A DNA stretch of 64,000 bases from Stegostoma tigrinum (GCF_030684315.1 NC_081380.1:27091951-27155950), one strand, 5' to 3'. Numbered from the stretch's first letter, positions 13,707-27,462 are shown. Made by a program: numbers and translations. The notes: a model not told the origin generated them from the letters alone.

Positions 13707-13933
13707 TGCAGAGAGGCCGGTAGCCTGTCACCAAGTCACTCTTTATTTACATGTGCACAGTACATAGACTCTGACCAGCCAGCTCAGAGCCAGTCTCTAG
13801 ACTGAAGTGACCTTCTGAATCTTCTGTTCATATCTGTCAGCCAGGGGTCCCTGATTGGTCCAGGTTAACAGCACCAATCAAGGATCTCATAGATCTTACT
13901 GGGATCCACCTGGTCCTGATTCCAATCATTATA
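13707..13933 (-). mobile_element. Possible short solo LTR nested in the SINE
   Basis: Absent from the 58.3 kb copy. Minus strand has AATAAA (13742-13747) near its end and ends in CA. Confidence 0.4.
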
Positions 13934-14005
13934 CTTCCCTAAAGGGCTTCAGTGAACCAAATGAGGTTTTAAACAATTGACAATGACATTTCATGATAAG
14001 CATTA

Positions 14006-14126
14006 GGCTATTAATCTTACAAGATATTAAAAGTTATGTAATCAACAGCACGTTCATGAGCAACACTGCTTTATATACAATATACCTTCTGTTAAAATGT
14101 TCATTGTTCGGGCAGTATCCAAAACT
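14006..14126 (+). repeat. Local duplicate of 14751-14871 (RAB34 3' splice-site region)
   Basis: About 120 bp of high-identity direct copy, starting GGCTATTAATCT and ending CAGTATCCAAA. Confidence 0.9.
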
Positions 14127-14693
14127 TTTTTTAAAATTCCAGATTTTATTGAATTAAAATTTCTGCCATGGTTGGATTTGAACTGACATCACCAGACCTT
14201 TAGACTGTGGTTCCAGATTAATAGTCCACTGAATTTACCACTACACCATTGCCTCCCCCAAAACAGCTACTGTGGCATCGCCCACAGATAGTCCAAGTCT
14301 TATAATTTCCCGTCTCTGCTGTCAAGATAACAAACAGCACTAGTACAATGTTATTTTACATCATAAAGCTCTCACATTTACTGTTCAAATTGGGAGATTG
14401 ACAACCAACGTCCACTAACGTTGGATGAATCTGACACATGCTGTGATATCTGTTGTCTAAAAATCTACATTTCGGCTGTCTGGCTCATTTTACAATTGGA
14501 TTATTTGTAGCTTAGCCAACCAGAAAACTGACTACGATCCTTAAATTACCAGTTCCTATACTCCTGCATGTAGACCAAAGTGTGATTTTGTACTGAAAGA
14601 TGTGTTATATAACAGAATGTAACATAAGTTTTTATACTCCATTCTGGAATCATGTAAGTGATGGTTCAAACAACAGTGAGCAGTCTACCTTAC

Positions 14694-14747
14694 CAAAGGG
14701 AGTTCCGGTATGATTCGATCTCTTCTGACAGGTGGAAGTACACTCAT
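14694..14747 (-). CDS. RAB34: Ras-related protein Rab-34, start-codon exon (exon spans 14694-14760)
   Basis: tacag|ATTAATAGCCAAC ATG in good Kozak context. Encodes MSVLPPVRRDRIIPELPL, compared with human MNILAPVRRDRVLAELPQ (recalled). Phase-0 donor gtaagg. Confidence 0.93.
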
Positions 14748-15319
14748 GTTGGCTATTAATCTGTACAGGATATTAAAAATTATGTAATCAACAGCATGTT
14801 CATGAGCAACACTGCTTTATATACAATATCCTTTCTGTTAAAATGTTCATTGTTTGGACAGTATCCAAACTAATTTTCTTTCATATAGATAGGTCAAATT
14901 GACAAAATTAAGGAGATTAATATTTAAAAAAAAGAACTGCAGATGCTGGAGATCTGAAATGAAAAACAGAAATTGCTGGTAAAACTCAGCAGGTTTGTCA
15001 GTTCCTGCCAGAGCTGCAAGATTTATACAATGGTTTGGTCACCTTTCATGAAATTATTGTAAAGAAGTGAAACATCAATGATGGGGATGCAGTTGTGAGT
15101 TAGAATTCTCCCCTCAATAGCTACAATTTGATTATAGCCTTTATCTAAACACTATGGCAGAACAGAAGGAGGCGACTTAATTTAAGAGTTGGATGGGACA
15201 GGTAAAATCAGGAAAACATTTCAACAAGACAATCCTGTGTTTAAAAATTTTAAATTATGAGGAAAGATTGCAAAAAGTAGGGGTTGTACTTCCACAATAG
15301 GACAAGGACTACAAAAGGC

Positions 15320-15530
15320 TGAAGATCTGAAGCAAGAACAGGAATTACTGAAGAAATTCAACAGGTCTGGCAGCATCTGTAGAAAGAAATCTGTGGTAGA
15401 ATTCCAACTCACGACTGTATCCTCATCCATAGAACACTTACCCAATTGTGAAATGCAGCTGTTTAGTCACATTATTGACCCCACAGACGCTGCCAGAACC
15501 GCTGTGTTTCTCCAGCAATTTCTATTTTTC
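15320..15530. mobile_element. Old fold-back PLE pseudo-LTR (family B), degraded
   Basis: CAGGTCTGGCAGCATCTGT ... ACAGACGCTGCCAGA inverted arms. Confidence 0.55.
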
Positions 15531-18500
15531 GCTGTATTTCCATGTTTGGAGGGCTGCAATTGATCTACTAGAGGTGTTTAATGGAATTTACTATGATAGA
15601 TACAGAGAACCTATTTCATCTGGTAATAGGATCCCAACAAAAGGACATAAGATTAAAATTACAATTTGACAATTTAAGACAAAATTGAGAGGGATTTATT
15701 CACACAAAGTGATGGAAATCTGGAACTTGTACCCTCAATAGGCTGAGTTCTAGATCATTTAAAGATTTTGAGGCTGAAGTTGCCAGGTTTTTCTTGGTAA
15801 ATGTCTCAGAGGCTATGGAGCACAGAAAGGAACCTAAGAAAATGATACAGATCAACTGTGATCTATTTGAGTGGCAGAACTAGCCTGATGGACTGAATGG
15901 TTTTCATCTGATTCTATGTCCTTTTGCACAGTGTAACCAATTTCCTTCTCAATGCTTGGATTATATACTCCGGGGAGGCATGTCACTACACCTTTATTGG
16001 ACAGCACCTCATTTTAATTTTGTTGATTTGAATGTAATGAAGATCAGGCAGGCTCAAAAAAGAGCAGTCATTAGATCCCTCGGAGCAGTGAAAGTGAAAA
16101 TTGACTGTACTTTTAGGTGACTACAAAAACCATTACATTTGGTTTGTATTTGTTTTCAGAATAAAGAGACTTTAGAAATAGAAAAAGAATCAACAACTTG
16201 TTACCTTCTGATAGATCAATACTATCTGCCTGTTATTTCACAATATTGCTCATTGGCTTTTCTCTTCAGAAGCATTTTGCAATCTCAAATAAACTAAATA
16301 AACTGGAACATTGGAAAGACCAAAGGCAATATCTTAAAAATTCTGCACCAAGTTTTGTCTCTCTCCCTTTCAGTTGAAACAGTCTGTTCATAACCTTGGA
16401 AACTTATTTAAACACAAGCTGTGTTTCTGACCTCACATCCTCACCATCAGTTCAAACTCTTTTAACACTTCCCACCTTTCCCACGATTCCATTCTACTTT
16501 AGAAATGTTTCCTCACAGGACTGTAAGCCAATGGAATTTTCTTCCCCAGTAGGCATGGAAGGAAGGGTCAATTAATGTTTTAAAAGGCAGAGGTTGATAG
16601 GCTATCAAGGGAGTTAAAGGTTATTGAGGGTTAGGTAACAATGTAGAATAAAGTCCACAATCAGACAAGCTATTATTTGGTTCAATGACAGAGTGGGCTT
16701 AAAAATCCAAATGGTCTACTCATGTTTCTAATTCATACATTTTTAGCTAATGTACTCTCAAATGTTTATTTATTACCTTCAACCTCAATTGAGCAGATTT
16801 TGACTTTACGTGATTATATATTCAGAGTGTTAGTGATTCAGCAATCCACGGTCTTCTGATTTTATTCCATTAAAGTCATTGGTGTATACTATAGGCTGAC
16901 ATCCAAATGGCAACATTCTTTTAGTGAATGAAAAAGCACTAGAGCCAGCTCAAGACTTTTTGTCTTGTTAACTGAAGGATAGGTATTGTCCAGGACCTCA
17001 GGGAAACCCCTCCAACTCTTCTTTGAAACAGTGCTCATTACCATTCTATACAGAGTCTTAAGAGTCACAAATTAATATTGAATCAATATTCCATTCATTT
17101 CCTTACATCTTAAATTGCTGGTACTAACATGTTCTGAGTTACCATTTACCCATTAATTAGGCAAATGGGCCGAGCATAGCTCTTTCCAGGTTTCAGCATG
17201 AGGGTCAATTTTAATGATTAATCTCCTTGTGGGAGAAATAAGAGTATAGGCTCTTTGAAGAGAAAAGGATCTTAGATGGTGTGTCGGTGAAGGTTCAGAC
17301 ATAAATCACTCCTCCATGGAAACTTTAGCCACTCAATATCTGAATAATCAAGTCGACAGTATATGTGGGTGGGGGTTGGGGGCACAGGGGAAGGCAACAT
17401 AGGGAACTTCACCAACCAGGCTGATTCACAAGGAGTTTTGAAAAAGCATTCATCTTACTGTTGGTTGGCTCTCTTCCAAGATCTAGATGGACTGCACTAT
17501 TTCCAAAAACAGTGAGGGACTTCTCCCTGGTGTTTGGATAATATCTATCCCTCAAACAACATTGCAATGACCAATGGGCTGGTCCCATTGCCTTTTCACT
17601 CACTAAAACTTTTTGGTGGAATATGGATGTCACACTACAATGCCATTGTGACCTAAAGAGAAACAGAAAATAATCCTGTGATATTATGCACCATTTAATG
17701 GACTGCCCTATCAAAAGAATTAGTATGAAGTGTGCCAGTGCTTTGTAGTGGCACTAGAGGTCCCCAAAAACTTGGCGCCACCAACTACTCCCTGGATTTA
17801 AGTGGCAGAGGATCCAATATCTGTATCAAGAAAACAAACAGTCCAGAGATTTGAGTTCTCCCTTGTTGACCGGAATAAAATCTGTACGTAGGCCAGGAAT
17901 TCATTTTTAAAATAAGACAAACTGCAAAAAGAATTCACGTACAGTCGGGCTAAATTGCTGGATCTTTGATCGTCAAATTGCTAGGTGCTGCAGCCAGGGT
18001 TGGGGAAGATAGGGGGGTTCGAGGGGAGAAGGGCACCGTCTGCATTCTTCATTTCCAACAAATCACCTCCCACCCCAGGTTTGCAGACCTCATGCAGAAC
18101 TACCCGAAACAGGTAATAGGAGACTGCAAATCAACACAGATGCCTAATAGACTGTGAACCAGCTGCAACTAAACTTTTAAGCAGTTTATCTACAACTTTT
18201 CATTTAATCTACATTCTGGGATGACTGGTGCCCCTGAGCAATCCCAACCCTGTACGGACGAGACTAACTTCGCTGGTGAAAGTGTCTTTGGTGGTGGTAG
18301 GGGGTGGTTGGGTGGAATGCAGTGAAACAGCCCGAAATTGAGGGACAGAATCTGCTATCCCGAATCAAACGGGGCGGGGGGGGGGGGGGGAACTTCTTTG
18401 AGGTTTATGAAGTTTTGCTTACTTTTCTCTCCCCTTGCATTTGCTCGCAGTTTCCCCTCAAAAATAAAGACATCCCTCGCCTCTTTTGTTCTCCCAAGTC

Positions 18501-18946
18501 CTGCCAGTCAAATGTTTCCAGATTTCTGGCCGGGTGCCCTTAACTCAAACAGCCGTTTCCCCCTCCGGAAACTATAGAACATGACTTCCTCAGGGCTGGA
18601 AGGGAACCAAAGTAAATGTTACCACGAACGATTATTCCAAGTTTGTATGAACTCGGCAGGGTTAGTAAACTGCATCTAGGGGAAACAAGAGGTCACAGTT
18701 TACAGCAACGCCGTTTACTATTATCATTGGTTTGGCACAAGTTAACAGCGTTTTCAGACCAGTGATAAATCTAGGTGCTGTGTGATTATGTTTCAATTTC
18801 GCGTCAGACTGTAAACTCGATACAATTAAAGCGATTGCGTTAACTCCTGCTACAAAGCGGCGCCCTGTAAACGCTAAATAAATCAATACAAACTACACCC
18901 GAAAGGTTAGATTCTTAAGACAATCTGAAATTCGACAAGATCTTAC

Positions 18947-19470
18947 CGTCTTCAGCTCGAACGGGTGTTAGGAAAGGAGGTGGGAACTAATCCTGGAATA
19001 TTTTCACCCTCTGCATGCCACAGATCAAACCGCACACACAATGTGGTCGAAAAGTTTTCTTTTCCACGACCCTCTTACCTTGAAATCCCTCAGGGTTTTT
19101 ATTGTTTCCTCAGAAATGTAATTACAATCTCGGCTATCGCTCTCTCGCCGAGAATCAACGTGGCCGGATTTTTTTTTCCTCTCTCTCCTGAAAAGAAGGA
19201 GGGATGGCTCACTGAATGACTTGCCCCAAAATTCCCAAGTCCCCGCAAGGCGCCCTGCTTAGAGTCGACAGCTGTTTTCCATTGCTGCTTCCAGAACTCC
19301 CTCCTGCTGCTGCTCCTCACAGGATTCATAACCAGGACTGTATGTGTTTCAGCCAGAGGGGGAGATCCCAGCCTTCTGCACAGATGCTGGGATGACTGTA
19401 GCAAATCTTAACAGAAACCCGGTATGCAGAAATAATTCAAGAGCATGGACAATATTTATTTCCTCTGCTA
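18947..19470 (-). other. RAB34: Putative non-coding first exon of RAB34 with two candidate donors
   Basis: Locally CpG-richer region. Minus-strand donors AAG|gtaaga (exon edge 19079) and ACG|gtaaga (edge 18947). The ATG exon has its own acceptor, so an upstream exon is needed. Confidence 0.45.
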
Positions 19471-19492
19471 TTCGGCATCAACAGCCTCACCC

Positions 19493-19501
19493 CTTTATAT
19501 A
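19493..19501 (-). promoter_or_regulatory. TATA box, probable RAB34 promoter
   Basis: Minus strand GCTATATAAAGGGG upstream of the candidate first exon. Confidence 0.45.
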
Positions 19502-21084
19502 GCACCTTCAGCTAAAAAAAAGCTTCAAGACACTTTTTGGGAGCATGATCAAACCAAATTTGATTGTTATTGAACTGAGATGATATTTGAGGACAGGTGA
19601 GCAAAAAAAGGCAGGTTTTTTAAAATCACCTTTTCTCATAAAAAAGTCTACATTTTTGATTAGAGTGTAGTATGGCCAATACAATCGGTCGTCATACCCA
19701 TTTACCGTGCCCACAGAACATTTAATCCGTCTCGAACAACCGATGCAATGTCGCAAGTGACAGGTCCAAGCCTTGCACTCTGAGCAGTTTGCAAATATTG
19801 GTAATAATGTCTAGCCTTCGGGAAGTTCCGGGAGCTATCCAAATGTTCAGAAGTTGTTGTAGTATCAAACTGTGAGGAAGGTGCTGGAGAACTGATACTG
19901 AACTGTTTTGCATATTTTCTGAAATAAGAATATTACTAGCTGCATTTTAGTCTTTGGGCTTTATTTCTGTAGTGTGCAGGGGAATTTCTGCTCAGAAAGC
20001 CACTCAGCCTTAATATATAAGGACGCTTACTGACAATGTAAAAATATATATTGTTGTTATGTTTTTACTGTGAAGGTTCTAGGAAACCTATTATACAGAG
20101 GATGGATAATCAGAATATAACAGAAACCTGTTCATGAGTGAATATTTTGAGATTGAATGTAAGTGTGGGGTGTGCAGGGTTATATTCAGGCTAATGAATA
20201 CCTGGGATTATGTTTCTGGCTGGAATCATAAGAAAATTAAGCTTTTTAGAATGACCAAAATCTGCAAATGAGTTACATGCTGAAAGCTGATGGAGAAGGT
20301 AGAGGTGTTGAAGCAAGTAGACTTAAGGGAAAGTTGAGTACACAATGGTGAAAAGCATTGCTGGATATGGGTTAACATGAAGTACGGTGGTTTGAAGAGC
20401 AAAAGCTGTCACAGACCTATTGGATCGTAAGGCCTGTTTCTGTGCTGTAGTTCTACAAGGTATATAAACATCCCTGTATGCATTCTTACAGAAAAAAAAA
20501 TCAGAAGAAATTCCAGGTAGTAGTCACAAAGACCAGAAGAATTCCAATATCTCTTGTAGCAGGCATTAAAGAGTCCAGGCACCCAGGAGACACTATAACA
20601 GGTCAGGTACATTTTAATGGCATGGTCTCATTAATATACATGTGGTGAGCCTGTCCAGGCTATTCAGATGCAGTTTGCAAATATTCTGTGGCCCAGGAGC
20701 CAATCAACTGGCATTCAGGTACTGTAATTTATTACAGCAGGAGAGATTAATAAGCGTTAATTCATCTAGCATTGGATGATCCTGCTTGATAAAAGTCCAC
20801 ATTTTCTTTGTGCGGGCTTGACTCCACAAAGGTATGCTTCACATTTTCCTAATGGAGAGTCTGCTTCTGCTCTACATGCTTTTACTGACCAGAGGATATG
20901 TGGATATGTGGTGGACACTGCGCTCAATAGACCATTGAAATGACCTTAGGATTTTATCAAAATTGCAGACATTGAAGAAATGCCTTATTGGTTGAAGAGC
21001 ATTATGTGTGTTAAAATAGCTAAGAGGTGAAACATTACAGTAAATGTCCAGGATAAATTTTAGTTTTCTTTCCATCTTCCTTGA

Positions 21085-21712
21085 AGAAGACATTTGGAAT
21101 GCTTGCTTTTATTTGTCAGTGCATTGAGTATAAGAATTAGGAGGTCGTGTTGAGGCTGTACAGCCACTTTGGAATATTGTGTGCAATTGTGATCTCACTG
21201 CTATAGGAAGGTTGTTGTGAAACTAGTAAAGGTTCAAAAAGTTTTACAAGAATGTTGCCAGGGTTGGAGGGTTTGAACTATGGAGAAAGGCTGAATAAGC
21301 TGAGGCTATTTTACCTGGAGCATTGGAGACTGAGGGATACCTTATGGAGGCTCATAACATCATGAGGGTTGTGGATTGGGTAAATAGGCAAGGTATTTTC
21401 CCTGGGGTAGGGAAGTCCAAAACTGAAGGGCATAGGTTTAAGGTGAGGAAGGGGGTGATATTAAAGGGATCCAAGGGGCAACTTTTTCACACAGAGGGTG
21501 ACGCACGCATGGAACGAGCTGCCAGAGGAAGTGGTGGTGGCTGGTACAATTACAACATTTAAAAGGCATCTGGATGAATACATGAATCGGAAGGGTTTAG
21601 AGCGATATGGACCAAATGCTGGCAAATGGGATGTGATTGAGATAGGAAATCAGCACGAACAAGTTGGATCGAAGGGTTTGTTTCTGTGCTGTGTTATCTC
21701 TATGACTCTATC
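21085..21712 (+). mobile_element. CR1/HER1 LINE 3' end
   Basis: Translates to CR1 ORF2 C-terminal motifs (FTRMLPGLEGLNYGERL; AWNELPEEVV; FKRHLD), followed by a CTATGACTCTA tail. Confidence 0.85.
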
Positions 21713-21889
21713 TAGCCTGTGTTGGGTGAAATGAGTTAAAATTCACCCATCGTTTGTCACAAACTTTGGTTGGCAAATATTTTTGGACTCCAGCTGGTTT
21801 GCTAACATAGATGTGACAAATCATTAAAATATTGCCACTGAAAGTTCAAACATAAAAAGTAGACAATCCTTTTCTATGTACGTGAACAT

Positions 21890-23460
21890 ATATAAAAAAC
21901 AAATGAGTTAGGAGCTGGTATAGACCTTTTCAGCCCTTGAGACTTCTGTCATTTGTAAGGATCAAGGTTGATCTAATTGTGGCCTGAACTCCATATTTCT
22001 GCTTACCAACAACCAAAACCCCTTGTTTCCCTAGATAATTGAGAACCTGCCTCCCTTTGCCTTAAAAAATGTTTGAAAGGTCTTGCACCTCTAGTAGAGC
22101 AAATTCCAAAAACCCACAGCACTTTGAAAGAAACTACTAAGCTCAAACATCTTAAACAGTAACCTTTTTCTTAAAATGCATCCTCGAGTTCAGGTATTTC
22201 CCACAAAGAGAAAGATCCTTTCAGCACTCTGTCAAGTCCTCTGAGGATCCTAAACATTTCAAGAAGATCTAGACATCTGTACACCTCTCATTCTTACAGA
22301 TCAAATGGACACAGGCCCAGCCTTTCCAACCTTTCCTCATAAGGTAATTCCACACCCTCAACCCAATGAAAAGAATCAATCAAGTGTACCTTTTCTTGAA
22401 GGCTTCTTCTGCAATTCTGCTGGTTGTGAAATAAGGAGATCAAAACTGTACATAGTACTCCAGATGTGGTCTCACCGATGCTACAGTAAAGCTTCACTAT
22501 TTTAACATTCCATTCTTTTTGCAATAAATGATAATGTCCCATTTCCTGCCTAATCACTTGCTGCATCTGCACTCTAGCCTTATGTGATTGATGTACTAAG
22601 ATATTTATATTCCAGTATAGCTCAGAATTCTGCAATCACTCTCAATTTCAATGAGATGCAGCTTTTCTATTATTCTTGCCAGTAGACAAATTCATATTTT
22701 CCACATTATACTTCATCTAACAATTTTTTGCAGCCATGTAACATATTCCTTTGCAGATGTCTAACACCTCTTCACAGTTTACTCTCCTTGACCCATGCAA
22801 ATACATTAATTTTTATCCAATGTGTATTAATTTTTAAAATTAATTCATGTGAGGATGTCACTGGATAGGGCAACATTTATGGCCCATCCCTAATTGCCCA
22901 GAAAATTAATGACATTGCTGTGGGTCTGGAGTCACATGCAAGCCAGATTACATAAGGATGGCATTTACTAACTAACCTCCTGTGGAGGACCTTGTCAAAA
23001 GCCTTCCAAAAATCTAAGCATACTGCATCCATCAACACGTTATATCAATTTTGTTAGCATTATCCTAAAAAAACTCCAAGAACTTTGTCAAACACAATTT
23101 CACATTCATAAAATCATGCTGCCTTTGCGCAAACAGATCACTCACATCCAAGTGATCATTTATCATACCCTTTATAATGCATTCTAACATTTTCCCTACT
23201 GTTCATTTAAGGCTAACAGGTCTGAAGTTCCCGACTTTCTCTCTCACTCCCTTCTTAAATAGTGAGCTGACATTTGCTAGCTTTCAATATGTGGGAATCA
23301 TTTTGAAATCTATAGAATTTTGGAAGATGATCAGCAATGCATTGACTATCCCACTAGTTACCTCTTTCAACATCTAAGTCCATCAGGATATGGGGCTTTG
23401 ATAGTCTTTAGATTTAATAATTTTCTCAGAATGATTTCACTGGTGATTGTAATTATTTCA
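21890..23460 (-). mobile_element. Degraded CR1 LINE fragments
   Basis: Minus ORF fragment LPYEERLERLGL; the RT-region fragment at 22975-23460 resembles 36230-36640. Confidence 0.65.
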
Positions 23461-24487
23461 TCTGATTGATACAACCTAAGTGGGAAAAATGCACAGATAG
23501 TCAAGACCTACTCTTCTACAAACAATCACAAATGTGGAAATACCCAAATAACCCACCAAGATGATCGATTTACATGACTGACTGCTATTCAGGATAAATG
23601 CATGCAGGTGAGGCTTCATCACTGAAAGGAAGATATCTCTATTTATTGTAAACATACATACCCATTAACAATTGGCAGAGAAGAAGAAGGGATTACTTAT
23701 CTACTATTAACCTAAGCTATATCCTTTTAAAATCCCAAATAGATAGGTAGCCATTCACGAATAAGATAAGCAAAGAACACTCAGATTAACATAGATATTA
23801 TGGGTGAAAAATATGGGCTGGGAAAATAAAATTCTGAAGGCCAAAATTCCAAATCACAAGAGAGAGTTAAATTGCCTTTCATAATTCTTTTCATTTTAGC
23901 GGTGGTTGCTTCTCAATTCAATAGTTGATCAGGTAGATTTAGGTCTTTTCTTGTATTAAAATTCTTTCTGCTAAGTTTCTTGTTTTTCTCCTCTTTCTGC
24001 TCTGACAGAGAAAAGAAAGAAAGATGTTTTCTGCTTGCTGGTCCTGTATGACACTAGCTCCACTGCTCCCCTGATCTGTGGCAACCTGCAGTTCAAACAA
24101 CCTGAGGGCTGTCGCCAGGCATTTTTTTCCTTAACTCAAAATCTCCACTCTGACTTTATAATTTTACAGTCTCGCTGCTCTAAAAGCAAATTTGTTTTGT
24201 ACAGTTAAAATTGTGCGTGACTTGATTTTGTTCCAAGATGCACATCTGACCTGCAATTTCAGCAATGTTCAATTTCCATTTCCGTCTACAGTCCAGGAGG
24301 AAAATATTGTGGTTCCTTACATCATTATTTATAATGATTTCTACAGTGAAGTGAAGTATTTAATTTATCTACCACTTCCTTATTTTCCATTATTAATTCC
24401 AAAGACTTCCACCCTAGTGGACCAATCTGTGCTTTAATAATACTTACTGTTTTTAAGCCCTTTTAGAAACTCTTGCTTCTTTTTCTA

Positions 24488-25470
24488 TTCATTCATGGGA
24501 TGTAGCACCGCTGGATAGGACAGTACTTATTGCTAATCCCTAATTGCCCTTGACAAAGTGGTAGTGAGCTCCTTCTTGAAGTGTTGCTGTCCATGGAGGT
24601 TCAGTACTCACTCAGTTCTAACTTAAGCAAGTTCCAGAATATGAATCTAGCAACAGTAAAGGAATAGCAAAATAGTTCCACATCAAGACTGCATGTTGTA
24701 GATGGGCATCTAGCAGATGGTGGTGCTTCCACATGTCAGCTGCCCTTAGCCTCCTTGGTGGTAAAGGTGCAGATTTGAAGGTACTGTCAAAGGAATCTTG
24801 GTGAGTTGCTACAATGCATCTTGTAGCTGGTACACACTGCTGTATTTTGCATCGGTGGTGAAGGAATAAATGTTGAAGATTATGGGTTGGGTGCCAAATG
24901 AGTGAATTGTTTTGTCCTGGTTAGTTTGGTACACTTAGAGTGTTGTTGGAGATGCACTCATCCAAACAATTGGAGAGTATTCAATCATGCTTCCAACTTG
25001 TGCTTTTAAATGGTGGCTTTGAGGAGGTAGGAAGTTTGATTTGATTTGATTTATTATTGCTACATGTGCCGAGATAGGGTGAAAGGTATTGTTTTACATG
25101 CTATCCAGACAACCTTGTATCAGGATAAAAGAACAGAATGCAGAATCCAATGTTACAGCTACAGAGAAGGTGCAGAGGAAGGTCAACTCTAATATATGAA
25201 AGGTCCATTCATAAATCTGACAACAATGGGGAAGAAGCTTGGTACATATTTTCAAACTCTTCTGAGTTATTTGTCACAAAATTCCTAGCCATTGATCTGC
25301 TCCTGTCGCCACTGTATCCATATGGCTGGTTCCTTTCAGTTTCTAGTCAATGGCAACACTGCTCCCCCAGAATATTGATATTGGAGAATTCAGTGATGGT
25401 GATGACACTGAATGACAATGGGAGATGATTAGATTGCCTCAGGTTTGAGATGGTTATTGCCTTGTGCTTT
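24488..25470 (-). mobile_element. LINE 3' portion (same family as 590-1625), with a nested (GATTT)n-tailed piece at about 25035-25260
   Basis: Colinear with 590-1130 except for the insert starting TTTGATTTGATTTGATTT. Confidence 0.6.
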
Positions 25471-25559
25471 GTGCCCTGCCTGAACCCAAACTGCGCATCA
25501 CTGAACAAGTACCACTGATAGTGTTGTTGTAGGAGTTAGGGGTGTAATGGATGGCAGTT

Positions 25560-26100
25560 GCAGAAAGGTAATAAAACCGCAGATATGTTCAGGTAGATAG
25601 GTTACCTCCAGAAAGGTAGGCGAGGTAGGCACCTAGTGTAGGAGTCTCCTGCGGCTATCCCTATCTCAAACAAGTTTGCTGTTTTGGAAAATGTAGGGGT
25701 GATGGACTCTCAGCAGAAAATAGCACTGACAGCCAGGTTTCTGCTACCAAGATTGGCTCTCATGTAACGAGGGGAACAACAGGTTCCAAGCAATCTGTTG
25801 TGATAGTTAGAGGCACAGACAGACATTTCTGCGGCCGACAAAGAGACATCAAAATGGTGTGTTGCCTCCCTGGTGCCAGGATCAAGGATATCTTGGTGAG
25901 GGTGCAGAATATTCTCAAAAGGGGAGAGGGACCAACAGGAGGCCATTATACATATTGGAACAAATTGCATAAGAGAAAAGGACAAGGTTCTGAGGAGAGA
26001 ATATAGAAAATTAGGCAGGAATTTAAAAAGTAGCTCTTCAAGACTAGTAATATTTGGATTACTCTTGGTGCCACAAGTTAGTGTGAGAACAAATAGGAGA
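25560..26100 (+). mobile_element. CR1 ORF1 fragment (SGNH esterase domain), frameshifted
   Basis: IPISNKFAVLE, IVRGTDRHFCG, VCCLPGARIKD and IHIGTN are typical CR1 ORF1 esterase motifs. Confidence 0.8.
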
Positions 26101-26674
26101 AACTCTTTCACACAGAGGAAGGCACCAAATACTGCAATGGTCATGAGCTCTAACATCATTCCAGCAATAGTACCAAAGACATGTCTTCCAAACAAGCTGA
26201 GCCCCTAACCAAGCAGCTCCAGCACAGTTATAACACTGGCATCTTCAGCTGTTTCTTGCTATCATTAGAAGTTAATCTAATCGACTGGCACTGGCATCTG
26301 TGATGCTGCGGATCTGCAGAGGAAGCTGCAGTTTATATTTTGAGCTGAAGGTTGTTTGAAATGTTTCAGCTTTGTCTTTTGCATTGATGTGTTGTGATGC
26401 TCCATCATTGATGATTGGGATACGGAACTTCCTCCGCCCCCCCCCCCCCCCCCCCCGTGAGTTGTTTTATTGCCTGCTACCATTCATGGCAATGCTGCAT
26501 TGTTTAGGTCTGATCAGTTGGTTGTGAGATTGCTTTGCTCTATCTTCACAGCTATAGCTAACTTTCTCTCACACTCTAATTTCTCCCTCCTTATTTCCTT
26601 TTTAGCCATTCATTGCTTGTTTATATATTCTGCCAATGTGAACTATCAAAAATCTTCAAGAATTATAGGTTGGG

Positions 26675-27062
26675 ACATTTTCCACTGGAGCATAGGAGAT
26701 TGAGATGCAACGTCAAAAAGTAAGAATAGAATTAATGCTAATTGTCTTTTCTCTAGGATGGGGGATTTCAAGTCAAGGGGGCACATTTTTAGGTTGAGAG
26801 GAGAAAGGTTTCAAAAAGACAGGTGGGGCATTTTTTTTACACAGAGGGTGGTTCGTGTGTGGAATGAACTTCCTGGGGAAGCAGTGGATGCTGGTACAGT
26901 TACAAGATTTAAGACATTTAGCCAAGCGCATGAATAGGAAATATTTGGAGGGTTATGAGCCAGGAGCAGGCAGGTGGGACTAGTTTAGTTTGGGATTATG
27001 TTCAGCATGGATTGGTTGGACTGAAAGGTCTGTTTCTGTGCTGTGTGACTCTCTAACTCTAT
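26675..27062 (+). mobile_element. CR1/HER1 LINE 3' end
   Basis: Matches 21310-21712. Confidence 0.8.
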
Positions 27063-27234
27063 AAATGTATGCAATTTCTTTTAATTTGGCACTACCTTTA
27101 ATTTTCTTTGTTAGCCATAGATGCTTTGTCCTTCCCAAAGTGTTTTATTTTGTCTAGTGTATTTGCTAGATGTTGAGAAAGAGCTCCTTAAATGTCTTTA
27201 CCTGTATCCCTACAGACCTATTCTTTAATGTAGC

Positions 27235-27462
27235 TGGCACTGGCTAGCTCAGTTGGTTGGACAGCTGATTTGCAAGGCAGAATGACGCCAACAGTGTGGG
27301 TTCAATTACTGAACAGGCAGCAGTTACTAGGATGGACTATCCTTCTTAACCACTCGCCTCATCCGAGGAGTGGTGACCCTCAGGTTAAACCATCACTAGT
27401 CATCTCTTTCCAATAAGAGAGCAGCCCTATGGCTTGGTAGGACTATAACGACTTTACCTTTA
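27235..27462 (+). mobile_element. tRNA-derived SINE
   Basis: A-box TAGCTCAGTTGG and B-box GGTTCAATT; sister copies at 33775-33900 and 34155-34370. Confidence 0.7.

Larger units (their letters stand above)
13560..14260 (-). mobile_element. SINE-like repeat carrying two nested insertions
   Basis: Colinear with the uninterrupted copy at 58283-58560 except for inserts at 13707-13933 and 14006-14126. Confidence 0.65.

Noticed and set aside
18371-18390. Poly-G run (and poly-C at about 26438-26456)
   Set aside because: Simple homopolymers whose lengths are unreliable in assemblies; no further structure.
27240-27315. tRNA-like A and B boxes as tRNA genes (also 33780 and 31280-31345)
   Set aside because: No full cloverleaf, and they continue into SINE bodies found in several copies.
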